Assembly: GCA_951406725.2 (NCBI GenBank)
Contig: OX597840.1
Coordinates: 21,700,001 to 21,764,000 of the forward strand
DNA: 64,000 nt
Source of the DNA: Octopus vulgaris
Taxonomy: Eukaryota
Reading direction: 5' to 3'
How positions within the stretch are numbered: position 1 is the stretch's first letter; every line of letters begins with the position of its first letter. The notes beneath the pieces are model-generated. The model did not search any database, was not told the DNA's origin, and saw only the letters and a program-made list of their open reading frames with translations. A program made the position numbers and the translations under genes. Below are positions 53,251 through 64,000 of the stretch, piece by piece.

Positions 53251-54033
53251 GTAAAATTTATTGCCTTTTCACCTTTTATTATTTACTGTTACTTTAACAT
53301 CAAGGTCTCTTGCTTTCTATGCTCGTTATCATCAAGGTTGTTATTCAACTACTATAGAGTGGATACTGTCTGTTTTATAGCATCTTTTAAGTGTAGCTTT
53401 TCTGTCTTCTTTCATTTCAATTCTGCTCTGAAATAAGTTAATAAAAAGCATTATATATACAGGAAAACTTGTTACTGGTTCAAATACTCTTGAAGCGTAT
53501 TTGAACCTGTATGAAAGCCATTCACTGCGTTTTGTCACGGTGAAGCTTTCTTGCTGTAGACAGAAAGGTGTGAACACATGTTTGTGTCTCCTTGTCTTCA
53601 CATTATATGAGATGATATAAAAATAACAGATTGCATCATCGAAATCTCAAAGCTACAAGATACAGCATGATTAATTCAAAACAATGGGAATAAGCATTAC
53701 ATTTGAGAGAAATCTGAATGCTCAGGGGTTCAACTAGCCAGATCTGGCCTCTTACACCTACTCTACATTGTCATTCCAAAAATAATCAACATCGAAATCT
53801 CAAGGCTCCAAGATAATACATGATTAATTTTATAAAATATGAATAATTAATCATTACATTTGACAGAGGAATCTGAATGCTAAAGGATTAACAGCAGGGG
53901 AAGGTGTGTTTGATAAATGAAAGGTAACCTTGGGAGGGATCATTTCTAAGGGGTTAAGTAGTCTTTATCTCAGTTCCCACCCTTTTTAAGTCCTATGCAA
54001 CTTTTCCCTTCTAAAAACATCCCTGTTTTTCAG

Positions 54034-54141
54034 GAGCTTAATTTCAAGTATTGGTCATCGGAACCTTCTTGGGCAAACACAAAGCAACCAATCAATAACG
54101 GGTTTACAGAAGCGGTCATCCATATCTTCTGCTCTTGGAAA
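54034..54141 (+). CDS. CNOT2: CNOT2 exon (SLISSIGHRNLLGQ...SSISSALG)
   Basis: TTTTTCAG| acceptor, |GTAAGT donor, 108 nt, phase 2-2, open frame. Confidence 0.85.
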
Positions 54142-55201
54142 GTAAGTGCCATTGTCATCATCATCATCATCGTTGTTGTTTTAATGTCCACCTTTTATGA
54201 TTGCATGGGTCAAACTGAATTTGTTAAAATGGATATTTTATTGCCAACTCACACCTGTTTCTAAGCAAGGTTACATATCTCCATGGCTAAGGTATATGTC
54301 CACAGAAGATTGGAACTGATAGATGCTTGCATGATGGTGACACTCACCTGCAACTATCATTTCGACATTGCAACAAGGAGACAGCTACACACACACACAC
54401 ACACACAATGGGCTGCTTTCAGTTTTGCTGCTTACCAAATCCACTCACTAGGAATTGGTCGACCAGGGGTATTGTAGAACGTACTTGCCCTACATGCCAC
54501 ACAGTAGGACTGAACCCCAAACCAGGTGGTTGGGGAGCAAACTTCTTATCATGCAGCTACACCTGTACTTATATTGAACCAAGAATATTTTTTTAATGTT
54601 TATTAGCATTTTAGCTAAATTGAAATTGATATATATGGATATACTGTAGCATCCGGCCCACACTGTGAAGTGGTTGGCATTTGGAATGGCATCCAACTGT
54701 AAGAAACCATGCTAAAACAGACCTCACATGTGCTGGTGCCATGTAGAAAGCTCTTGGTCCACTCTGCTGGGTGGCTGGTGTTAGGAAGAGCATCCAGCTG
54801 TAGAAACACTGCCAAAACAGTAAAGCCTGGTGCAGTCTTCTACCCTGGTAGCTCCCATCCAACCCATGCCAGCATGGAAAGCAAATGTTAAATGATACAC
54901 ACACACACACACACACATACATATATCTATATTTTTGTTACGTATTAAGATGAGCAATTAAGTTAGCAATCAGCATATAATGTACATAAAACCTGTTTGT
55001 TACTATATTTTGAAATGATTGTTAATTTGTATTATTTTTGTCTCAAAGCAGTTCAAATTACTGGTCATTTCAGGTGGATTTGTACTATATTGTGGAAAGA
55101 TTTGGGACATGTTGGTAACGAAAGGGTTAATATTTAAACATTTCATATTCAACAACTTTTCTTTTTCTTTTCTTACTTTATTGTCTTTGTATTATCTCCA
55201 G

Positions 55202-55257
55202 CTCCAGCAATCCTATTACGAGTATATCTGGATCTTTTGGGTTATCACAAGCTAGAG
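55202..55257 (+). CDS. CNOT2: CNOT2 exon (SSNPITSISGSFGLSQAR)
   Basis: Long pyrimidine tract, CTCCAG| acceptor, AG|GTAAAT donor. Its phase 2-1 is needed to bridge the flanking exons. Confidence 0.8.
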
Positions 55258-55536
55258 GTAAATATCAGCTATGTTTGAATATCTCTGCACACAACATAGA
55301 TTTACAGTTATTTCTTTCTACATCACCTTGAAAAAAATCTCTCACGTCTGCCATTCAATACAAACATGAAAAACTTCAATTCTGTAAACATTTATTTCAG
55401 AAACTAAAATAACAACGAAGCTACTTGTGGTACCTTCTAACATGGTATAATCAAGGACCTCATTTTCACCCTAAATGCATCAGAATAACATAGTCATCTT
55501 TAAGTATCTGCAATTATAGTAATGGAAGTTCTAGAC

Positions 55537-56826
55537 CAGCAGTTCCCAAACTTTTTCTATTCATGGTGCACCTTACAAGAAGTCAAAATATTTTGGCACA
55601 TTTTGTACATAAACTGTAAAATTTATTCAAAAGGGGTTTTTATACATATTGGCATAGCATAAACGATTAGGCAGTTTACAGATAATTCAAAATACAGAAA
55701 AATTGCATTTACTTACTTCTTATTCAATTCATGAAGCAAGGTTATCAATGAAAAAGATGCACTTAATATCTTTTGGAGACGTTTTCAATATTGGGACGTA
55801 TTTGAGAAAGACAAACCCTCATTTCTTCTTCGATGCAACAGAGCCCCTCTCTCTCGCTCTCTTTTTTATTTTTGGATTTGATGTTATTGAGGGTTGAAAA
55901 TCCCAGCTCACATAAATACGATGTGAAAAACTGCATCAAAACAGATAAAGCCTGTTTTGTTACTGAGGGTTATTCTTCTATAATAGCAATCCAAAATGTA
56001 TGAATTGGTAACTAAGCATCCTGGATGCCAATTCCTCTTCTTCACACATTTTCAGACCAATATTGGATGGAATTTTTATGAAGAGATTTCGAACCCAATC
56101 ATACTCTCCTGTGTTCAATGGCGAAAATAAAAGTTTATTTTTTCTTCCAGATTAGTCAGATGTTCAAATACAATAGGAGTCATTTCTTTTATGCAGCTTT
56201 TACGTATTAAGGGAAACATTTTGAAGTTACCACCTTCAGCTCTATTTTCCCAAATTACAACTTCCTTTTTAAATGAAACCAGCTTATCTGTTGAAGTGAG
56301 AATGTTTTCAACTCTGCCTTGCATTCTTGAGTTGACACTATTAAGTTATGCAAATATCTCTGTTAAATATTCCAGCTTAGAAACCCAAAATTCACTTTGT
56401 AGATATTCCAAGAAGCGTTCAGGTTTTTCCTCTTTAAAAAATGTATACAATTCCTTCTGGAGTTCATGTATGCACCTTACCTTTTGGGAGCCACCTGACT
56501 TTTGTGTGTGAAAGTAAGCGCTTGTGTTCGGAATCCAAATCAATGCAATTTTGTTCCTACTTTTAATATAATTAAGCATTTGAACAACATGGTTTAATAC
56601 TTGCTTTAACTCAACTGGTATTGTTTTTGAAACTAGTACCTCCAGTAAGTACATATAACATGTTTGCTGTTGTACGAGCAATACAAAACCTTTAATAGAG
56701 CCTGTCACAGATGGGGCCCCATCGGTACATATTCCAACACATGAATTCTAGGATGATTTCCATTTTGCAAGGTAGGCAGATAAAATGCCGTATGTGGCCC
56801 CTGGGAGCTGTGGTTGAGAACTGCTG
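55537..56826 (-). mobile_element. Decayed hAT (Charlie/Buster, SCAND3/ZBED5-like) transposon
   Basis: LKQVLNHVVQMLNYIKSR, KLEYLTEIF, MQGRVENIL..FKMFPL and TSYLCELGFSTL fragments. Ends are CAGCAGTTCCCAAAC / GTTGAGAACTGCTG; no matching 8-bp TSD seen. Confidence 0.82.
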
Positions 56827-56833
56827 AGCTTAA

Positions 56834-57054
56834 CCCTTTAGCATTTAAACCGGCCATATCTGGCCAAAAGTACTCTGCCTGTTTTATGTTCAAAATGGCC
56901 AGATCCGGTCTCTCACACCAACCCTACAATATCGTTTTAAAAATTAACAGCTACCTCATCAAAATCTCAAAGCTACAAGATAATGCCTGATTAGTTCAAA
57001 ACAATGTGAATGAAAAAGCATTAATTTTGGTAGAATAATGTGAACACTAAACTG
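56834..57054. mobile_element. piggyBac-type MITE (family 2)
   Basis: TTAA|CCCTTTAGCATTTAAACCGGCC start and a degenerate right end followed by TTAA. Confidence 0.7.
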
Positions 57055-57123
57055 TTAAACCCTGTAACTCAATCATGTCTCGTACTGAGTTGTTCCCTAA
57101 ATTGAACTTCTGTTTCTTTTCAG

Positions 57124-57222
57124 CTGGAGAAAATTCACAACCCAGCTTGGATTTATCTGAATTTCCTACTTTAGGAAATCGGGCAGTTCCATCAAATCCT
57201 GTTCCCTCGGCCAGGAGTTATG
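57124..57222 (+). CDS. CNOT2: CNOT2 exon (GENSQPSLDLSEFPTLGNR...ARSY)
   Basis: TTTTCAG| acceptor, G|GTAAGC donor, phase 1-1. LDLSEFPTL corresponds to the CNOT2 LDLSDFPAL motif. Confidence 0.93.
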
Positions 57223-57645
57223 GTAAGCTGGCATGTTAGTTATCAATTTCTTCATTTATTTTTAACACTTACTTTTCATTGCTCCATCATCAATCGCCCG
57301 TCTCCGCTGCCACCATCAACCAGCCATCAGTTCCAAAAACCTTTTATTCCATCATATCCCTCATACGGTGAGTAAATGCAAGTAGCAGTTGCTGCCCTCC
57401 ATCACACGCTTTTGCTGCAAAACAGTTGTGATTGATAGTTCAGTGTTTGTTTGTTTAATTATTGCTGTTTTGGAATTTTGGAAACTTTTGTTGTTTTTGT
57501 TTTCCTTTTGTCTGCCAATTGTTTTAACCCCGTCACACTTTGTGTCTGCGAAAGTGGGAATGGATGAAACATTGATTCCCACCATAGCAGAATCTGTTGG
57601 ATTCATTACTCTTTAGCTGTATTTGTAACTATTAATTCTTTTTGG

Positions 57646-58366
57646 CTTGGGAGCCAGTGGACGTCAGCAATAGGGGGCCCACATAAGATTGAAATTTCTG
57701 TTTTGACAGGAATTTTTTTCCATAGTGCCCTTGGAAATGATCTGGAGCATCTTTTTAAAAATAAATTTCTTTTGGAAAATGGACATTTACCCCCCCCCCC
57801 CACAATCTTCCCCTCTTTAGATCGATTTTATGGGCACTGCATTTAAAAGCTATAGAAGAAGCCTTTTTGGTTGGAAAAAGAAAAAAGTTAATATTTTCAG
57901 ATAAAAAGGTGCAAGGTAGATTTGGTGTTGTTTCTAGCATATCCCATGACCACCTGGTTTCTTTCTCACTCTGACAAGTATTGATGTTTCTCAATATTTT
58001 CTCCCCATTAATAGCATAAACTCATATATGTTATTAAAATTTCTTTGAAAATTTGATTTTTATAAACCCTACCTTACCGGTCATGGGGTATGCTAAAAAC
58101 AACAGCCAAGTCTCCCTTAAATCACACTTTTTCATCTGAAAATACTTTTTTTGTCACCTAAAAGGCTTCTCCTATAGTTTTTAAGTGCATAGTGCCCACA
58201 AAATTGGTTTGGTGTAGGGAAGGTGGGGAGGGGTTTTAAACAAAGAACATTAAAAAAAATTTTTTTTTTAAAGATGCTCCAGAAAAATCTGGAAAATTCT
58301 TGTCAAAATGGAGAAATTCCAACTTAAGTGGGCCACCTATTGCTGCTGTCCACCCAGGAGCCCAGG
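57646..58366. mobile_element. Old long-TIR element (~230-250 bp imperfect inverted arms)
   Basis: CAGCAATAGG..CCCAC..CTGGAGCATCTTT..TGGGCACT..CTATAGAAGAAGCCTTTT is mirrored by AAAAGGCTTCTCCTATAG..AGTGCCCA..AAAGATGCTCCAG..GTGGG..CCTATTGCTG. Confidence 0.7.
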
Positions 58367-59699
58367 TGGAAAGTAAAGTTAGACACAGGGGCCTAGGTCT
58401 GAGTGGGTTAAGAAGTGTGAAGTTTTGTTCTTTATCAATTTCGGATCTTGGCATTATGTTTATTGGCCAATGTGCTGGAATATTTTGTGGCAGATGCCCT
58501 TTCTGCCACTAATCCTTACTGGTTTTTCAAGAAAAGGAATTTTTATTCATCTCACCATTTCGCAAAGATGGTGACAAGTGAAGCCGTGAAATGGGTTTCA
58601 TACAGTTTTCATTTCACTTACAAGGCATTGGTTGGTCAGGTCAAGGTTACAGTAACAGACACTTGTCCAAGGTGTTGCTCAACCTGATTAAACCTGAAAC
58701 CATGTGGTTTTGAAGAGGACTTCTTGACCATATAGTCATGCCTGCATCTTGTCCTGCTGTAGAGAAGAAAATCTTTTTCATCACTGCACAATATATACTG
58801 CAACACACAATTTGTTATCTGTTCTTCAACACCTGAGCATTCAGATTACTTGCACAGCATATTACCAAAGGTCTTGGTCGTTTGTTGTTGCCTCCGTGAG
58901 GTCCAATGTTCAAGAATTTTTTTTGTGTTTCTAACAGAGTTTAATTATAGAGAAATTACTTACTAAGCTCTTCCAATTTTTGATTATTTCTAAAATTTTG
59001 AGACACAGGTTATATTTCATTAAAAAAAAAATAGCCACAAAGGTTTAACTGTTAAAACTTAGTGTATTTAAAGGCAATCTTTATGATTGCTGGCAAAATT
59101 GTTATCATGTTTGATAACATGCTAAGCAGTATTTCTTTTGGCTCTTTATGTGCTGAGTTCAAACTCCGCTGACGTCGAGGCCTTTCATTCTTTCAAGGGT
59201 GATAAAATAAGTACAAGTTGAACATGGACTAACGTAAAAATTGTTGACCTTGTGCCAAAATTTGAAACCATTTAGTAAATGTTGTTGCTTATTTTATAGC
59301 CTTGCATGGCCATCTGTTTGATGTCTACTTTTCTCTGTTTCTGATTTGATGTTAATTACTAGAGTAGTAAATAGCAACACAACATATGTGACGTCACATT
59401 TTCTTTTATAGTTTTGACCGTATTTTGACTCTTACCATGTTACGTTTAGTGTTCCCATACTTAAAAATATACGCATATCCTTCGACTAGGATTGAACTCC
59501 AGTATCATCGTAATTTAACGTTTGTTTTCCATGCTGGCCTGGGCTGGAGAGTTTGACTAGCTGGGAGGCTGGAGAGCTGTACCAAGCTCCAATTGTCTGT
59601 TTTGTCATGTTTTCTATCGCTAGATGCCCTTCCTAATGCCAACCACTTTACAGCGTGTACTGGTTGCTTTCATGGGGTGCCTATAATGTGATGCCAGCT

Positions 59700-60200
59700 T
59701 GGATGCTTTTTCCATGGCATGCTCCACAGATCCAGTCGTTTTCATCAAATGTCCTCTCTCAAATGTTTCAAAACATCACAGTAGAACTCATGAGGATCTG
59801 TCCCTGAGGGATGAATTCTCAATGCACAGTGCCACATTTCTGAGAGTGTGGCAGGCCTTCCAGGGACATTCTTCTGCTTTTGAAGCCCCTGTGCCACTCA
59901 AAACATGTACCACTCATTGCCTCGTTGCTGTAATCTTGCCAAAGCCTGCTCAATGTCTCTGTAGCAGACTTCCAAAGCTTAACGCAAAATTTCATGTTGG
60001 TTCTTTGTTCCAATTTCCTGTCCATCACAAAATCACAGACTACAACAGAGATGTGATAACAGAAACACAGATTTCACAGCTTGCAAAGTAAACAGCAATG
60101 ACACTCAGCACACTGCCCCATAAAGGTCACTGCTAGCTCTCACTGCACACGCAACTCGGTGCTGCCAACTGTTGACACACTGCAAAATTAGTCCAGGAAT
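59700..60200 (-). mobile_element. Mariner 5' fragment (N-terminal HTH)
   Basis: EQRTNMKFCVKLWKSATETL..Y..EAMS..CFEWHRGFKS. Confidence 0.8.
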
Positions 60201-60642
60201 CAATGGTCCATTTTTTAAAATTGTTTTTTTTTTTTTTTTTTTTTTTTTTTGTGACAGTTGACAGAAATTAGCCCACATTCTCTTGACTGTAATCAGAAAT
60301 ATATATTTTTTCTTCCCTGCGTGCTGTTTGCTCGAGGATTCTGGTTATTTGAGCACTGGATAAGAGGGAGTTTATGGTAACATGTCGATAACATATGTCT
60401 ATGGAACATTCCACCACTTAAAATAGGATACATAGGCAGTTCCAACGATCATTTAACTAGAATACTTCTTTTGAAAATTAATGTTAGATCCATTTACTAA
60501 TTTAAATTCTAATACTGTTAATATTCTTTTATTTCTTGGAATTTTAACCTATTTTATACATTATATTTTTTGTTCATCATATTATTCTATATTTTTAAGT
60601 AATTAATATTAAATATTGCATGTATGTCTGTCTGTGTGTATG

Positions 60643-60680
<38 letters not shown>

Positions 60681-60686
<6 letters not shown>

Positions 60687-61819
60687 TTTCCCATAAATGT
60701 GGGTTTTTTCAATTGCATGAACTAAAAGTCAGAGGGATACTGGATAAACTACCTGCATCAACTTGCTATAAAAGCAGGTTGTAATTTTGCCTTGTGGTTA
60801 TTCTTAATGCAGTATGTAGGGATCAGACAATAAGCGTACGCCAGTGTCAATGGTGGTTCCAGAAATTCTGAGCCGGAAACTTCAGCCTCGAAGACAAGCC
60901 TCATTCTGGAAGATCTGTAGAGCTTGACAAGGACATCCTGCAAACCCTGGTGGAACAAAATCCCATCATAATTATTGAGGAACTAGCAGAGGAACTTGGA
61001 TTTGGTCATTCAACCATTCATTGACACCTTTGTGCCATTGGAGAAGTCGGCAAATTGGATCAATGGGTTCCTCACAAACTTTGCAAGTCTAATCGCACAC
61101 ACAGAGTGAATGTGTGCTCTTCTTTGCTGTCACGTCTCATGTATGAACCTTTTTTGGACTGAATAGTGAGTAGTGATGAGAACTGGGTTCTCTATAAAAA
61201 TGTCAATTGCTGAAGACATTGGGTAGGAAAAGGAGAAACACTGGCACCCCAGGCTAACGAAGGTCTTCACCCATGTAAGATGTTGCTATCTGTTTGGTGG
61301 GCTATGAAAGGTTTAGTCCACTTTGAACTTTTAAAAATCCAATCCAAATGATAAGAAAGGAGATCTACTGCAAACAGCTTGAGTGGCTGAGGTCAGCACT
61401 GGAAGAAAAATGACCATCTTTGGTTTCAAGATGAAAGATGTTCTTCCACCAAGATAATGCTCAGCCACATACAGCGAGGATAACATTCTGGAGCAGGCTG
61501 GAGCAGTTTGAATGGGAAATGATGCCCCACCCACCATATTCATCAGGCATTGCCCCATCAGATTCTCATTTCTCCCGCAGTCTTCAAAATCAGTTGGACA
61601 GAAAAATTAGAATTCTGTAGACGTGGTCAGAACAGTATAGGTGGAGTATTTTTTGTCACAGACAAGTGAATTTTGGAAGAGGGGCCTTGCATGTCTACCA
61701 GATAGATGGAAGAGCATTGTAGAAAATGAAGGAGGGTATATTTTAGATTAAAAGAACTTTCTTTATCTTAATTTTGAAAAATAAAATAAGTATAAAAAAA
61801 TCCGTATTTATGGGATGAC

Positions 61820-61824
<5 letters not shown>
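60681..61824 (+). mobile_element. Decayed, internally deleted mariner with both TIRs, inserted in (TA)n
   Basis: WVPHKL, IVSSDENWVLY, LSVWW, FHQDNAQPH and PHPPYSSGIAPSDSHFSRSLQN motifs with stops. Termini GGGTTTTCCCATAAAT / ATTTATGGGATGACCCAA. Confidence 0.9.
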
Positions 61825-61862
<38 letters not shown>

Positions 61863-62734
61863 GTATGTATGTATGTATGAAATTGTATTGATATATGCTC
61901 TGCTCGAAATCTTCTTAATCTCCTTAGTTTTGATTCAGTGTTGTAGTTTATAAAACTTTATTCCTTACTCCTGTAACTGATTTCATTGTTTTGTGTGTGT
62001 AAGTGACTGGGTTAACCTTGTTTAATATGTGTTAAGATATGTATTGAACTAACTCCAAAAGTCCTCGGTATAAATCTCTGAATCCTGTTAAACACTAAAG
62101 TTTTTTGATGAAATGCAGTTAGTCTCATATAAAAATAATAAAACTGTATTAATTGCCTGTGTGTGACCAAAGTTTGCTGATACCCTATAATGATTGTTGG
62201 TGTGCATTGTGAATGTCCACATAATGGGAAGAAGTTCTTTCTGAATTGAGGCTGAAACTTATTTCTTGCACAGACAAGTGCTTAGTTCCAATTACCCCCT
62301 CCTACCAAACAGCAGCTATTTGAATTGCAGTTAGGTGTGGTTCAGGACTTGGCTACAATTAGTTTGTTAAAACCTTGTGTTAATGAATTTCATTTCATGC
62401 CATAGGCTGATCAAATGATTACAGTTTTCGTGTGTGTGTGTGTGTACAGATAGCATAATCCATAATGTTAAAGGACCAATTTGTCTACCAGTACCAAGAT
62501 CAATATAATTGACTCTTATCCTCAGCGTAGCCACTGTCTAGTAACAGCTTTGGCTGTGTATGTGTAGCTCCCTTAAACCTGTGTAGATAAGGGCCAGTGG
62601 TTTTAGTAACCATTGATAACTTAGTAACCATAAATTTCTCTCGGGCCTTCTCTATTTGTGTGTGTGCATTTTTGTCTGATAAGAATTGTCTGAAGAAATG
62701 TGAAACAATTGACTTTTGATTCTCTCTAATTCAG

Positions 62735-62821
62735 TTGGAATGGTAAACAAACCTGTTCAAGAACAAACACCAGAGTTCCAAATTCAACAAGAAGATTTTC
62801 CAGCATTACCTGGCTCTCAGA
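62735..62821 (+). CDS. CNOT2: CNOT2 exon (VGMVNKPVQEQTPEFQIQQEDFPALPGSQ)
   Basis: TTCAG| acceptor, |GTATGT donor, phase 1-1. Matches the CNOT2 signature YVGMVTKP..EQ..DF.I..EDFPALPG. Confidence 0.95.
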
Positions 62822-63389
62822 GTATGTTTCACCTTTTTTGGGTTTTTTTTATACCTTTCTTCCTTCCCTCACCCCTGCCCCCTCTCCTCCTCCCATTCTG
62901 CTCAGTACCCTTTAATGTCTTCCTCATATTTCTTCTTCCCCTTCACTTCTCTCTTTCTACTTTATTTTCTTTTTGTCCTGTTTTTTTCTTTCATTTATCC
63001 TTCCCTGTCTCTGATTGCTTTGAACTTTTCAAGTTTAGAACTTGACTATGTATCTATATGTGTCCAGGAAATACGCTGTTAGAAATTTCACCTTAGATAA
63101 AGCATATTATATCAACATTTTTTAAAAATATATATAAAATGTCTTTATTTAGTGTCAAACATTTAACGAACCTGATGGTCATTTAGAATGAAATTTCTTA
63201 TGGGAAAAATGTTTGACCAAATTTCTCATAACTCTTTCTATTTGCCTCTCCCTTCCTTCCTCTCTCCCCAACAGCAGCTTCTAATCTCAATACCTTTCTC
63301 TCTGCTTACCTGAACAATATTCTCCCCCATCTCACCTGCTAAGTACAGCACATTCTCCTTTCAGCATCACTACATCCATTACTATGACA

Positions 63390-63740
63390 ACCAAAGCAGT
63401 CAATTAATCTTCCGCAGTTGCTTACTACCTGGCTTTAATCTCCTAAATCCCAACCAATATGGATTTTGATCTGGCAGAGACTGCCTAACACAGTTTCTGC
63501 ATCCCTTTGACAATGTTTAAAATGTTCTCAGGGGAAGCTGCAAACAGGAGATGCCATAAAAGCTTGACTTTGACAACAGAGCACAACATTCTCTTCAGAA
63601 AGATTTATTGAACTGGTTTGTTTCCTGGTTAGCAATACTCCACAGGTCATCAGTGGCTCTACTGGAGCTCAACAAAGGTCACTAGTAGTGTCCTGCAAAG
63701 CTCCGTTAGGTCCACTTCTCTTCATTTATTATCGAGTTGT
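63390..63740 (+). pseudogene. Highly decayed LINE RT fragment
   Basis: LLNPNQYGF*SGRDCLTQ and ..GPLLFIY remnants. Confidence 0.6.
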
Positions 63741-63961
63741 CAGCTAAACTTTTTTTTTTCAAATTTGGAACTCCATTGTTATATGTTTGAAAAGAAGTAG
63801 AATTATTAAAAATTTGAAAAATAAGTTGTAGAGGAGGAAAAGAACTAAACAGCAACAACAAAAGTCATACAAAAATTATAATCCCTTCTGTCTTTGGCTG
63901 TGTGTGTGAATGTTTTATATTGGATATTTTAATTATTGATCCTGTAGATGAAACTTAATTA

Positions 63962-63999
63962 TCTCCTGTTTTCTTTTTCCCTTCCCTAATTTCTGTTAG
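63962..63999 (+). other. CNOT2: Splice acceptor for the next CNOT2 exon (exon starts at 64000)
   Basis: Long polypyrimidine tract, CTAAT branch-like motif and TTAG at the window edge. The NOT-box domain has not been reached yet. Confidence 0.65.
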
Positions 64000-64000
64000 A

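Noticed and set aside
55700-56710. Domesticated ZBED/SCAND3-like gene
   Set aside because: Fragmented by stops, frameshifts and deletions, and TIR-like ends are retained.
60681-61824. Active mariner transposase or SETMAR-like host gene
   Set aside because: Multiple stops, frameshifts and a 5' deletion; no SET domain.
62822-63045. Hydrophobic C-terminal extension of the 62716 ORF
   Set aside because: This is read-through into a pyrimidine-rich intron past the GTATGT donor.

Overview
AT-rich, repeat-dense animal genomic DNA. The SINE, LINE, MITE and microsatellite inventory resembles a coleoid cephalopod, most likely Octopus (inferred from family resemblance, not from a search). The only protein-coding gene I can recognise is the 5' half of CNOT2 (CCR4-NOT subunit 2) on the + strand. 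It has a probable promoter near 40.6 kb, candidate upstream exons, and eight well-supported phase-compatible GT-AG coding exons plus one candidate cassette exon between 47.5 and 62.8 kb; the next acceptor falls at the last bases of the window. The rest is tRNA-derived SINEs, 5'-truncated CR1/L2-like and RTE LINEs, non-autonomous Helitrons, piggyBac MITEs, decayed mariner and hAT elements, foldback inverted repeats, about 4 kb of TA-type microsatellite and a ~26-bp minisatellite. The long ORFs at 10.5-15.7 kb are microsatellite artefacts apart from an embedded RT fragment. The best leads are: a pre-miRNA-like hairpin just upstream of the CNOT2 start-codon exon; a pair of acceptors 11 nt apart that could switch between a uORF and an N-terminal extension; a tandemly duplicated TATA-Inr promoter with an orphan ATG|GT exon overlapping an antisense YY1-type start; and a LINE/SINE shared 3' stem-loop with compensatory changes. 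All of these are hypotheses from reading the sequence by eye, and I cannot claim a proven new system.
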